This document shows positions 11,730-24,790 of a stretch of 64,000 bases of DNA, in pieces. The notes under the pieces are model-generated. The model searched no databases. It had not been told where the DNA came from and saw nothing but the letters and a program-made list of their open reading frames with translations. Within the stretch, counting starts at the first letter, position 1. Every line of letters begins with the position of its first letter. Location: NCBI RefSeq assembly GCF_009914755.1, contig NC_060948.1. One strand, written 5' to 3'. Position numbers and translations under genes: made by a program. This stretch comes from the human T2T-CHM13v2.0 reference genome, Homo sapiens.

Positions 11730-14700
11730 CTTATTTTTAATTGGGTTATTATTTTCTTATTCTTTTGAATCTGTTTTTAGTTCCTTGTATATTTTGATTA
11801 ACCCCTTTTCTGATGTACACTTTGCAAATATTTGCTGTCATTCTATTACTGTGGTGACTTATTTTATTTTATTTTTATTTTTTGCTGTATGGAAGTTTTC
11901 TAGTATGATGTAACCTCGTTTTTCTGTTTGTGTGTTTTCTGCTTGCGTTTTTGTCTGATCCAAAAAATACTCTTGCCCAGACCAAGATCATTAAATGTGT
12001 TTTGTGATTTGTTCTACTAGTTTGACATTTTGGTGTTTTCATTACATCTTTATTTTTAAATGTTTTTAAAAATATATTCTTATTGGTGAGGTCTCACTAT
12101 TTTACCTAGTGTGGAGTGCAGTGGCACAAGTCTTTCATGCTATAGCTTTGAACACCTAGGCCCAGATGATCCTCCTGTCTGACACTCCTGAGTAGCTGAA
12201 ACTATAGGTGAACACCACTCCACTAGGCATTTTAATCCATTTGAGTTAATTTTTGCATGTGGTGAGAGATAGGTTCTTATTATATTCTTCTGCATGTAGC
12301 TCTCTTGTTTTCCCAGCACCACTTATTGAAGAGACTGACCTTTCTTCATTTTGTGTTCTTGGCACCTCTGCAGTATATCAGTTGGCTATACAGGTGGAAA
12401 TTTATTTTTACTCACTGTATTATATTTTATTGGTTTATAGCATTGTGACATTGTCAGTTCACTCCACAACGCCAATCCCACTGCCATCTTCAGGAGTGCT
12501 TTGGCTATTCAGGATTTTTTTGTGGTTTCATATTAATTTAGGATATTTTTCAATTTCTGTGAAAAATGCCATGGGTGTTTTGATAGATATTGCATTCAAT
12601 CTGTGCACTGCTTTGGATCATATAAACATTTTAATGACATTACTTTTTCCAATCAATGAACATAGATATTTTTCCATTTATTTATGCCATTTTAACATTT
12701 TATTAATGTTTCATAGGTTTCAGAATGTAGATTTTTTTTTACCTCCTTGGTTAAATTTACTGCTTTTTATCCTCCATAGCTACTGTAAATGAGATTTTTT
12801 CTTAAGTTTTTTTAATATATATCTTGCTATTAGTGTATGGAAATGCTATGGAGTTGTATATGTTGATTTTGTAAACTGAAACTTTACTGACTTTCTGAAT
12901 TAGTTCTAACTACTTTTTAGTGGTGTGTTTAAGGATTTTCATATTACATCATTAGCATATATGGAAAATTTTACTTCCTCTCCAATTTGGGCACCTTTTC
13001 TTACTTTCTCTTGTCTAATTACTCTGGCTAAGGACTTTTAGTATTATGTGAATATAAGTAGTGGAAGTGAACACCCTGGTCTTCTTCCAGCTCTTCACAG
13101 AAACCTTTCAACTTTTAACTCCCATTGAGTGGATATTAGCTAAGGTTTTGTCATACATAGCATTATCTGCTTATTTGGGTCTAGGTCATTTGTTGTGTTG
13201 AGTTACAGTTGTTCCATGCATAATTTGTTAAGAGATTATACTGTGAAAAATGTTGAATTCTATCAAATTTTTTTTCACATATTGAAATGACTGCATAGAT
13301 TTTGTTCTTATTTTGCTGATGTAATGTATGACATTTAATGATTCTTGTGTATTAAAACATTCCTGCATCCCTGTAATCTCTCTTGATCACAGTGAATGAC
13401 TTTCTAAATATGCATGATAAGTCATTTTCCCAGTATTTTGTTGAGGGTTTTTGCACTATGTTTTTCAGATTTATTGGCCCATAGTTTTCTCTTTTTTCTT
13501 GTATCCTTGTCTGGTTTTGCAATCAGCATAATGCCGTCCTGACGGAATGAGTTGGAACAAACAGTTCCCATATATTCATTTCTGTTTAATGATTTTGTTT
13601 TTGTTTTGACTAGATTACACAAAAAGTGGCAGTAGTTTATTTTTTGTGGTAGGTAGAATGCAGCAGTGAATACGTCAGGTCCTGGTCTTTTCTTTAATAG
13701 GTGCCTTTTTATTGCTGATTCGATTTCTTACTATTAATTTGTTTCTTGGTATCAGTTATGGTATCTCTTTTTTGGCTCCAATACACTTTATTAAGAGATT
13801 GTTTGTTTGTTATTACTTTTGAGTTTAGCTTTCTGTTTTTATAATTCCTTGATTGAAACATCAAGTTGTGTATTTAATATCTTCTTTTAGTTGAAGGCAT
13901 TTATTGCCATAACTTCCGTCTTAAAACTGCTTTGAATGTATCCCATAGGTTTTGTTGTGTTGTGTTTCTGTTTTTGTCTCAATAAATAGGGTGTTTCTCT
14001 TTAATGTCTTCATTGACTCAGCGGTTGTTCAGGAGTATGTTGTTTAATTTTGATGTGCTTATGAATTAGTGATTTCAGAAGAGACACTTGATATGACTTT
14101 GATTTTTTCAAATTCATTAAGATGTGATTTTTTGGCTAATGTATGATATATCCTGAAAGATGTTCCATATATGCAGTGGAGAAGAATGTTTACTCCATAG
14201 CTCTTGGATGGATAGTTCAGTAACTGTTTTTAGCATTTTCCCTACGGGGCATTTTAATCCAGTGTTTACTTGTTGAATTCTGTCTGCATTATCTATTCAT
14301 TGCTGAAAGTAATGTGCTGAAGTTTTCTAGGATTATCTTGCACTTCTTTTCTTCCTTTGGATCTATTAACATCTGCATTACATATATGCACATATTACTT
14401 ATATAGCTGTATTCCAGATATAATATTGTCTTTTTTTTGTTCTGCTTAATTCTGTATCCTCTCTTTGTCTTTGATATTTGGTGGTTTGATTAGATTAAGT
14501 TATGGGAATATTTTCATTGAAATTGAATCTGATTGGAAGCCTTCAATATTCCTGTAGCAGAATATTAATATTTTATATCAATTTGGAAAGGTTTCTGTTA
14601 TTATTTATCTAAATAAGATTTCTACTCTTTTTTAATAGTTTTTATTGAGTTGGAGGTTTGCTCTTGTCTCTTAGGTTGGAGTGCAATCATGTGATTGTAG

Positions 14701-15600
14701 CTCACTGCAACCTCCACGTCCTCAGTTCCAGTGATTCTCCTGAGTTCCAGTGACTCTCCTGACTGAGACTTCTGAGTAGCTGGGATTACAGATGTCCACC
14801 AATATACCTGGCTAATTTTTGTATTTTAGTAAAGAAACTGTTTCACCATGTTGTGCAGGATGCTCTCAAGCTCTTGACAACATATGATCCACCAGCCTTG
14901 GCCTCCCAAAGTGCAGGGGATACAGGCATGAGTCATTGGGCCCAGCTCTACCACACTCTTGAATGCCAGTGTCTGATACCTTTGCTCTTCGGATGTTATC
15001 CCATTAATCTCATAAATCTTATTTATGTTTTCTCTCTGATTGCATATTTTCAATTGACTCCTGTTTGAGTTTTGCTGCTTGGCCACTTCCGTTGTCACTA
15101 CTGTCAATTGCATTTTTTATTTTGTTGTGTTTTATTCTTCAAGGTTTCTGTTTGTTTTTCCATCCTGTTATTTTAAACTCTCAGGTAAATTTCTCCGATA
15201 AATTCCAGAATTCTTTGTGTTTTGCTGAAGTCCTCTGCATTGTCGTAAAATAAATATTTTGAATTCCTTGTCAGGCCATGTTCCATGCCCATCTCTTTTG
15301 GGTCAGTCACTTCTAGCACCTTATTTTGACCATCTGATGCCATCATGTTTCTCTCATTGATCCTAATCCTTGTGACTATGCACTGATGGCTGTGCAGTGA
15401 TGTAGGTGCCTAATTCAGTGTTCATGGTTTGGCTTTGTTTGGAAGCTTTCTTCTACAGTAAGCCTGTACAGAGATTCAGGGCAAGGAGAAGAAGGAAACT
15501 AAGGTCTTTAAATCTATGATTACTTCAGCCCTGGTAACACAAGGGAAAATACTAATGAGCAGAATTTCATGGCTGGAGTAATTTGACTGGTAAAGCTGAC
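11730..15600 (-). mobile_element. Old fragmented L1 (L1M-type) with nested Alus (~12075-12228 and ~14640-14946, both minus)
   Basis: Antisense ORF2-like text (ttttcccagcaccacttattgaagagact; ttctgtgaaaaatgccatggg). ORF-track fragments resemble L1 ORF2 (IAKPDKDT..., KTLNKILGK). Confidence 0.8.
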
Positions 15601-17055
15601 TCATTTCCAGGTTTATAACTGGGTTAACAGAAAAGTTATCATAAAAGAGTAGTAAAATAATAATCTACACTGGAGGTAATATAATATGGTAAAATTTGAT
15701 GAAGTAGGCAGGAGTAAGACAAATGAGTCCTCTGCCATGAGTAACTTTGGGGGAATAAGTAACTTTGGGGGAATAACTTACTTAGTCTTTGTAGGATTCA
15801 GTATCTTCCTTTGAGAATAATGCATTTTCCAAATTATATAAGATTATTTACATGATGAAATCAGCATTATTAACACTCAATAAATATACCCATTAAACAC
15901 AATTTTGGAAGGTTGGGGAGCATAGACAGAAGCTCCAAAAGTCAAAACATGACTGTAGCCATAGAATAAAATACAGTTGGTTTCCAAGTATCTGAGAGGT
16001 TTCTTATGGTTTTCATTGTGTCTTAGATTTGTGATGAAGAAATAAACAATCCCCAGTTCCTGCCCTGGAGAAGCTCATTGCATAGAAAAAGGAACTAGGC
16101 AGATATACATGCCACAGTACAGTAATGAAACAACATAAATCACAAGCAACCAAGTCCAAAGGTAAGATACCTAATTTGAAATTTTATATTCTGTTTCATT
16201 TGCTTCTTGCTGTTGTGACTAACCATCTCTATGTGTGTTAAATTCAACCCCCTAGGGGTAACACGGGCTATAGTTCCAGAACTTACCTTCCAATTTTTCT
16301 TCCGATAGTGGCTGTTAACCAAGGATTGGTGAATATCCTATATGAAGATTCTACTAAAAGTAAAGCTACCCTGACTGCGATGCTTGGATGATATAATTTT
16401 CTCTGTCTAAGAAAGAGGAAGAAAGTGTGTGTTTTGTAATTTCTATAAACGGTTAAGTGCTGACACACTAGTAGCTGAAAGACAAACTATTTTTGCCTAT
16501 TGAAAGGAAAAATGAAAAAATTGTAGGAAATCCATTTATTACAGTTAAAATATTCTAATTTTTTAATTTAGATTTTATCAGTATCTATACAGAAAAGTAA
16601 AAATAATAATAAGGAGAAAGAGCTTGAGTATAAACATTACCAAAATTTAGGTATTCCATATTCACTGATTTGGTGTTATATCCTAAATTGGTGATCTGCC
16701 ACTATAACCTAACTTTTTAACTGCTTTATTTTCAAATGAATACTCTTCATAGCAGTTTGATGATAATTCTTAACTAATATTTTTTACAAGTTCACATAGC
16801 ATAATTTGAAGAACAAATTTTTTTCTTTAGCAGGAAAAGCTCTGATTTGAGAAAAATGTATAGATAATTTTAAAAATAAGCACGGCTTTTGAAAGATAAA
16901 TATAAATACATCAGTCATAGTGTCTTAGAGATCTTAGACATATTATGAAAAAGTACTTCCCGCATAATTCACTTAAAGTAAAATAATGTCAGAGAGAAAA
17001 ACAGTAGCTGCTATCAGAACCTTCAAAGTGATAGTAATTAATAATTAGAATTTAC

Positions 17056-17315
17056 CTCACTGTTCTGCTTCTCATCTTTGGAAAATCATTGTCTATATTT
17101 TCAGCTATGCATTCATTAGCAAGAGCACTGTTTCTAGTGGAATATATATATATGTATAATATGTGTATATATACATATGTGTGTATGTATATATATATAC
17201 TGCATCACAGAATTCATTTGATAAGTAGCACCAGCATTTTTGAGTCCCACAAATCTTTCTGGTGGGTGAGATCTAACAGGGAGCAGGTATTCTCACTTAA
17301 AAAGTGCTTCACAAC
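17056..17315 (-). pseudogene. USP9YP: USP9Y-like pseudogene exon, Cys box (copy B)
   Basis: [38 protein letters not shown]...KDEKQNSE|gtaaat, with an internal TA/TG microsatellite. Confidence 0.92.
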
Positions 17316-18441
17316 CTGAGATCAGAAGAAAAAATAATGCTTCTACTATGAAAATAATGATCTTGCCCACTCTTCTTTCCATCTAGTGGCAAATTGATAT
17401 TAACAAACATTCACTTATCAACACAACCATTTTGAAAGAGTACTTTAAATTTTCATGTTAACAACAAGTTGAGAGACCATTACAGATGTTTAACCACAGA
17501 CCACTCACGTCCATATTTTAATGGCATTACATCTGTTTATTTTTTAAAAAAAGTTATTTGTTTAAAAAATCTCCTTTGAATACATATATGTTAACTATGT
17601 CAATTCAATTGTTAAATAAATTAACATAAAATGTGTTTTTAAAAGGAAACTCTTCTCTCTACATGGATCCCACAAGACAAAGATCTGAATTTTTAAGCAG
17701 TGAGTTCAGCTAGAAACTCATACAGTGTGCTAGAAAATATACTCACACAGAGAAAAACATAAAAAAATATTTCACATTTTTCAATTAAAGATCTGTTAAT
17801 TCAATTAAAGAATGCTGTTAATTGGCCTTTTAACACTCAGTTTGCTCTTGAAATAAACTAAATGTTGTTATCGTTTGTTAATTTACATATATTACTTCCC
17901 ACCCTCAGTGTCAGTTCTGTGTAAGATTTGAACATTACTGCTTATTTTTTTGGACTCTAGCAGACATTTAGAACTAATAAAATGTACTCAAATTTCTCTT
18001 CTCACATTATGATTTTTAAAGCCATACCTCTCTTAGAATTTAACTAAAATAACATTAAGCAACTTCAAGTTTATAAAAATCTTTTTAATGCATACATTTT
18101 AAAGATAAACTATTTGTAGCATTAAATTTGGCTCTGGTTACCCTGAGGATTCAGTATTTTTAAACATGTGATTCAATAAAACCCACTTTGGTTACAAATG
18201 CCAAGTATAGGGGGGAGCACTAAAGAAATACATACATTTTTTAAATTTAATATTGTCTGATGTAAATGGTTTTAAATGTACACCTGATGGCTACAAAATG
18301 TTAAACTAGTTGTTCAAAAAAAAAAAACCACAAACAGACAAAAAAAAAAAAACATGAGTTAATTTTTTCTAAATGAAAAATGGACTTTCAAAGTAAACAA
18401 TTATTAATAAAGAAAAACAGCTTTATAATTTAAAAATTCAT

Positions 18442-18661
18442 GAGTAATTGCTTTGTCTATGTAATATATTTCATTTAAACAGTTTACTATCTTTTTGAGG
18501 TTCTTTACACAGCCAATAGCTGGTGCTACAAGTAGATCAAAACCAGGATTGATGGTAATGGGAGAGCTACAGACTGGAAGTGCTGGCTCTTCTGGCAGTT
18601 CTTTACTTCTTATACGTTACAGTTAAGCTTTTGATGCAGGGAAGATAACATCAATTAATTC
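18442..18661 (-). pseudogene. USP9YP: USP9Y-like pseudogene exon, ELID exon (copy B)
   Basis: [71 protein letters not shown]. The acceptor is intact and the donor is mutated. Confidence 0.92.
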
Positions 18662-20835
18662 CTAGTAATTTAGAAAAAGGAATCATATATTATTACTAGA
18701 AAACATATGGTAAGAAAAATATGTCTTTTCAAGAACATGCTTTTATGTTTATTTGACATAATTAAACATCTCATTATATCTTAAACAATTTTGAATTTTA
18801 TTCCAAAGCAAAATTATTTAAAAAAGAAGTAAATCAATAAATATAATTCATTTCCATAATTAATTTTTGAAGAAATTTCTAAAACTTGAGAACTTGACTG
18901 AAAAGAAAAATAGCATTCTAAATTAATCTACTCTTTTAATTACATATTAATGGAAAAAAATTATTTTCAATAAAAATAAAATGCATGAAAATTATCTTAT
19001 TTTCCTTGTATTATGAGACATATAAAGAAATTCATCAAAAATATGATATGAAAAATAGGTTTTTGCAAGATGGATATTTTTCTCAATTAGGAGTACAATC
19101 AAGGGACAGGCATGGTGACTCACACCTGTAACTCCAGCACTTTTGGAGGCCAAGGCAGGCAGCACACTTGAAGCCAGGAGCTTGAGACAGGCCTGGCCAC
19201 TATGGTGAAACCCCATCAGGTGTAGAGGTGCTCACCTGTAATCTCAGCTAATCAAGAAGTTCAGGCAGAATAATCACTTGAAACTGGGAAGCAGGGGGTT
19301 GTAGTGTGCCAAGATTGCACTGCTGTACTCCAGCCAAAGAGACAGTGTGAGATTCCTTTATACAAATAAAAGAAAATAAATTCAATCAATTAAGAAGTGA
19401 TATATAATAATTTAGTTTTCAATGCAGTTTGTGGCAACTATGAATTTTAATTACAAAATGCCTTGAATACACTGCCTCCCAAAGTGCTGGAGTCAGGGGA
19501 CAGGCAAATAGAATTCCCAAGGCAAAAAAGTCCGATGCCTATTTCCTTTGCCCAAGCAATCCTCCCATCTCTGCCTCCTGAATAGTTGAGACTACATGCA
19601 TGTGCCACCAGGCCCAGCTAAATTTTTTTTATTCTGTTGTTGTTGTTGTTGCTGGGCTCCAGTGATCTACTCACCTCAGCCTCCTAAAGTGCTAGGATTA
19701 TAGATATGGGTCACTACACCAAGCTAAAATTTACTTTCTAAAATTTAATTTTTAGGTCATTTATTTTTATTCAGTCTTATTTCTCATAAATGAAGTTAAG
19801 AATGTTATTGCTTTAGAGCTTCTTTTGGGGTATTCCTGAAGTAATAAATGGATTCTTAACATTTGGGGTATTCCTGAAGTAATAAATGGATTCTTAACAT
19901 TCATTTTCTAAATGGTGTTAGAAAATGAGTAATTGCTTCAGATGAGTAATGATTATTTGGCCTCTTTTTGTTTTCTGGCTTCATTTCATTGTGTATGAAG
20001 AATGTACTTTTTTTTAACCTGCCTGTATATGTGAAATGAATTTTTCCTCTTTCAACATAATGTAGTACAAAACTGTTTAAACTGGTTATTCAATGACTTC
20101 ATAATTTTGGTTTTCTTCCTTGTGCATATTGGTCAAATTATTGGGACAACAATGTCAAAATTAATTCGCTTATGAAAAACTTTCTGATATAATGACATAA
20201 ATACAAATGAACAAAAACAAGCACACACATACCAATTAATTTCTAAAACTTTTAATTTTTTCTGCTAGTCTAGTACCTTGTATTGCATTACTCAGCAAAA
20301 TCTGTCAGCTCCACTTCCAGAATTGACTTTAACTCCACAGCATATGTCTTGTTTCCTGTTATCACCTTATTCTAAAACACAGCTTATATTACATTCACCA
20401 CCTACTTTAGACTGTAATTTCCTATTTTACACTCTAACTTTCTATAAAAAGAAACTACCTTTTCAAGGTCTAATTTAAGTAATTTTATTTTTTCTTAATT
20501 GAGACTTCTTTCTATGTGCTGTCACACCTTACAGCGTCAGATATGAATATCTCTATCCTATTTCAGCTGTTCCAGTTTTATTGGGGGGGGAATGTGTATA
20601 TATATTTATAAATGTGGGTATATATGTATTAGCTTATTATTTGTTTTTTCCATGTGTAATATATGTTTTGCATGCAAATATTTACTAAATCCCTGATAAT
20701 GGAAAGTTAACAAATCTTTTTTTTTTCCTTTTTTAAGTAAATTATTTTCTGAAGGAGGAGGGTTGGGAGGAATATATCTTAACATGGCAAGATTGAAAGA
20801 GAAAGTGGCCATTACTAATGAAAATTATTCCGTAA

Positions 20836-21645
<810 letters not shown>

Positions 21646-22198
21646 AAATACACATATATACTTTCACAGAACTAACAGTAGAGAAGCTGAATGTGACTTT
21701 ATAAAGATACTCATAAAAAATTATAAACAGCAAAATTGTGGAAGTAGTTTCTAATAAAATTGATTTTTCTCCTGTGACTATACATTAGTAATTTTTGTTT
21801 TCTGAAATATAATTGTACAACTTATTAAACAAAACAAAACAAAAAATCCATCTGGGTCCAAAAACTGAGCACAAAAAAATAACTATAACTAATTTTTCAC
21901 CTAGTACATTTTTAGAACCTATGCCTTTAATTTAACAAGTGTTTGTAATCTAGCATACACATTATCGGTGAACTTTTTTTTATTTTTCAGAATTGGTACT
22001 TACCACAGGTTTCATTCTGTACTTAATGAGAATCTGAAAGAGAAGTCTTATGAGCATGCTCCAGTTTATATTAATTTAAGGTAACTAAAGTCTTTTTCAT
22101 TAAACTTTGACTAACAGAAAGCAACTCATATTAATGCATCTTAAAGCACAAACCTGTTTTATTAAAAAGACATCACCATGTTAACAATTTAAAATACT

Positions 22199-24050
22199 AA
22201 TTTACATTCCTACCAACAGTGCACAAGGATTCTCTGTGCTCCATATTCTCAAAACACTTGTCATCTTTCATCCTGATAATAATAGCTATTCCAACATGTG
22301 TGAGAGGAGGGCTCATTTTTGGTTTTAATTTGCATTTCCCTGATGATCGGTGGTTTTGAGCATCTTTAAATATACAGTTGTTCAGGAATTAGCCGGGCGA
22401 CAGAGTGCACATCTGTAAACACCTACTAGGGAGGATGAGGCAGAATTGCTGGAAACCAGTGGGTGGAAGATTCAGTGAGCTGAGATCACACCATTGCATT
22501 TAAGCATGGATGACAGAGTGAGAATACCTCTCAAATCAATCAATCAATCAATATTAAATATAGAGTTGTTGGCCAGTTGTATATCTTCTTTTGAGAAGTG
22601 TAAATTCAGGTCCTTTGACCATATTTAATAGACTTAATTGGGTTTTCTGTTGTTAAATGACTTGTGTTCCTTGTATGTATTCATTATTCGCCCTTTATCA
22701 TACATATGGTTTGCAGATATTTTCTCCAAGTGTTTGGGGTGTCTCTTCACTTTACTATTTGTTTCCCTTTTCCCTTTGCTGTGCAGAAACATTTTAGTTT
22801 GATGTAACGTGATCCACTTGTTTTGTGTGGTGCTTTAGTAGCCTGTGTTTTGGGGTCATAGAATTGAGGTTTCAAAAATAAAATAAAATCAAAAATAGAA
22901 TTACTACATGATCCAGCTACTCTACTTCAGAATATGTACTCAAAGGGTATACAATTAGATTGTCAGAGACATATCTGCAGTCCTATATTCATCTCAGCAT
23001 TATTCCTAATAGCTAAGATATGGTAACAACCCAAGTGCTCATCAACAGATCAACAGATAAAGTGTTGCACATATACACAATGAAATATACTATGCATCCT
23101 TAAACAAAGGAGGAAGTTCTGTTATTTATTTGTGACCAAATGAATGGTATGGGAAGATACGATGCTCAGTGTAATAAGAGAGGCACAAAAAGACAAGTAT
23201 AGAATGATCACAATTATATGTAAAATCTAAAAAAGTTGAACTCATTCAAACAGTGAATATGCCAGATGTGGTGGCTCATGCCTGTAACTCCAGCAATTTG
23301 GGAGTAAGAGATGGCTGGATCACTTGAGGTCAGAACTTTGAGGCCCCAGTGAGCCACTGTACTCCAGCCTGGGCAATGCAGCAAGGCCCTGACTCTTTAA
23401 ACAAACCCACAAAAAGTAGTCAGAGATTGGACTGGGACGTGGTGATGGGGGTGGATAGAGAAAGGCAAGATGTTCGTCAAAGGGTAACAAATTTTAGTGA
23501 GACAGGAAGAAGTTCTGATCCATTGCACAGAATGGTGACCACATTAATACATGTCAACTTCAAAATTGCTTAATAAAAAAAAGAGCAGGCATGGTGGCTC
23601 ATGTTTGAAATCCCAGCACTTTATGCAGCCATGGCAGGAGGATCACTAGAGGTCAGGAGTTGGAGGCCAGCCTGGCCAACACGATGAAACATCGTCACTA
23701 CTGAAAATATAAGAATTAGCCAGGTTTGGTGGCATTCACCTGTCGTCCCAGCTACTTGAGTGACTGAGGCAAAATAACTTGTACTCGGGAGATGGCAGTT
23801 GAAATAAGCTGAGATTGCGCCACTGTACTCAAGTCTGGGCAACAGGAGCAAAACTCTATCTCAAAAAAACAGATTGTTTAAAAAGTAGAATTTATATATT
23901 CTTACCACAAAAAAAGAAATGATAAGTATGTGAGGTGATGGATATGGTAACTAGCCCAATTTAATTCTTTTGCAATATATACATGCATTATAAAATCACT
24001 TTGTGTCCCATAAATATTTACATTTGTTAGTTTAAAATAAAAATTTTAAA
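22199..24050 (+). mobile_element. Old L1 (L1MA-like) 3' end with inverted 5' segment (22199-22860 antisense); Alus nested at ~22385-22552, ~23260-23400 and ~23585-23870
   Basis: The antisense part starts at ctaatttacattcctaccaacag. The sense part resumes at gaggtttc...aaaatagaattactacatgatccagc and ends in an L1MA-type 3'UTR. Confidence 0.7.
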
Positions 24051-24503
24051 AGAATGAATTACAATTAAAATAAACTTGGCTTAATATACATAGACAATAA
24101 AATATGCTAAGGTTTTCTTCTATTTTGACTATTTGGCTTCTGTTATTTCTTAGGGAAGCAATCACCTTGGGAAGGGATGAAGAACAATAAAGCTTAATAT
24201 TATACAATTTCCATTATTTTGTTTTTGTTGTTTTTCTCCTTTTTTTCCTACCAAAGTAATGGAGACAACTTTCTTATTCACACTTTCTTTTGTGTTTCTT
24301 TCTCAGGAGAAATCGCCACCAAAAAATAATGTTCATGTAGATTTGTGTAAATTTTTTCTGCTCCTATCTATGACCCTTTTTGCCTTTGCTTTGGATTTCA
24401 TAGCTTCATAAAACACTGATTTACTTACTATTTGTCATCTCATTGTACCACTACTTCTTCACTGTACCTGCAGGATCGTTTTTTTCTTTTTATTTTCTTT
24501 TAG

Positions 24504-24505
<2 letters not shown>

Positions 24506-24539
<34 letters not shown>

Positions 24540-24790
24540 AGATGGAGTGTCTGGCACAATCTCAGCTCACTGCAACCTTGGCCCCCCAGATTCAGGTAAT
24601 TCTCCTGCCTCAGCCTCCTCAATACCTGACATTACAGTCATGCACTACCATGCTTGGCTGACTTTTGAATTTTTAATTGTGACGTGGTTTCACCATTTTG
24701 CCAAGGCTTGTGTTGAACTGACCTCAAGTGATCCACCCTCTCAGCCTCCCAAAGTGCTGGAATTACAGGTGTGAGACACCACACCCGGCT
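24506..24790 (-). mobile_element. Alu with long poly-A tail (poly-T on the plus strand)
   Basis: A long T run, then gagatggag...ctcccaaagtgctggaattacaggtgtgag. Confidence 0.9.

Larger units (their letters stand above)
16766..19470 (+). repeat. Segmental duplication unit, copy B (left boundary may extend further)
   Basis: Direct repeat of 1-2730. Homology stops at ~19470, where an Alu fragment (actgcctcccaaagtgctgg) begins. Confidence 0.95.

Noticed and set aside
12253-12792. 179-aa hydrophobic ORF
   Set aside because: It is the antisense frame of a decayed L1 ORF2; the hydrophobicity reflects T-richness.
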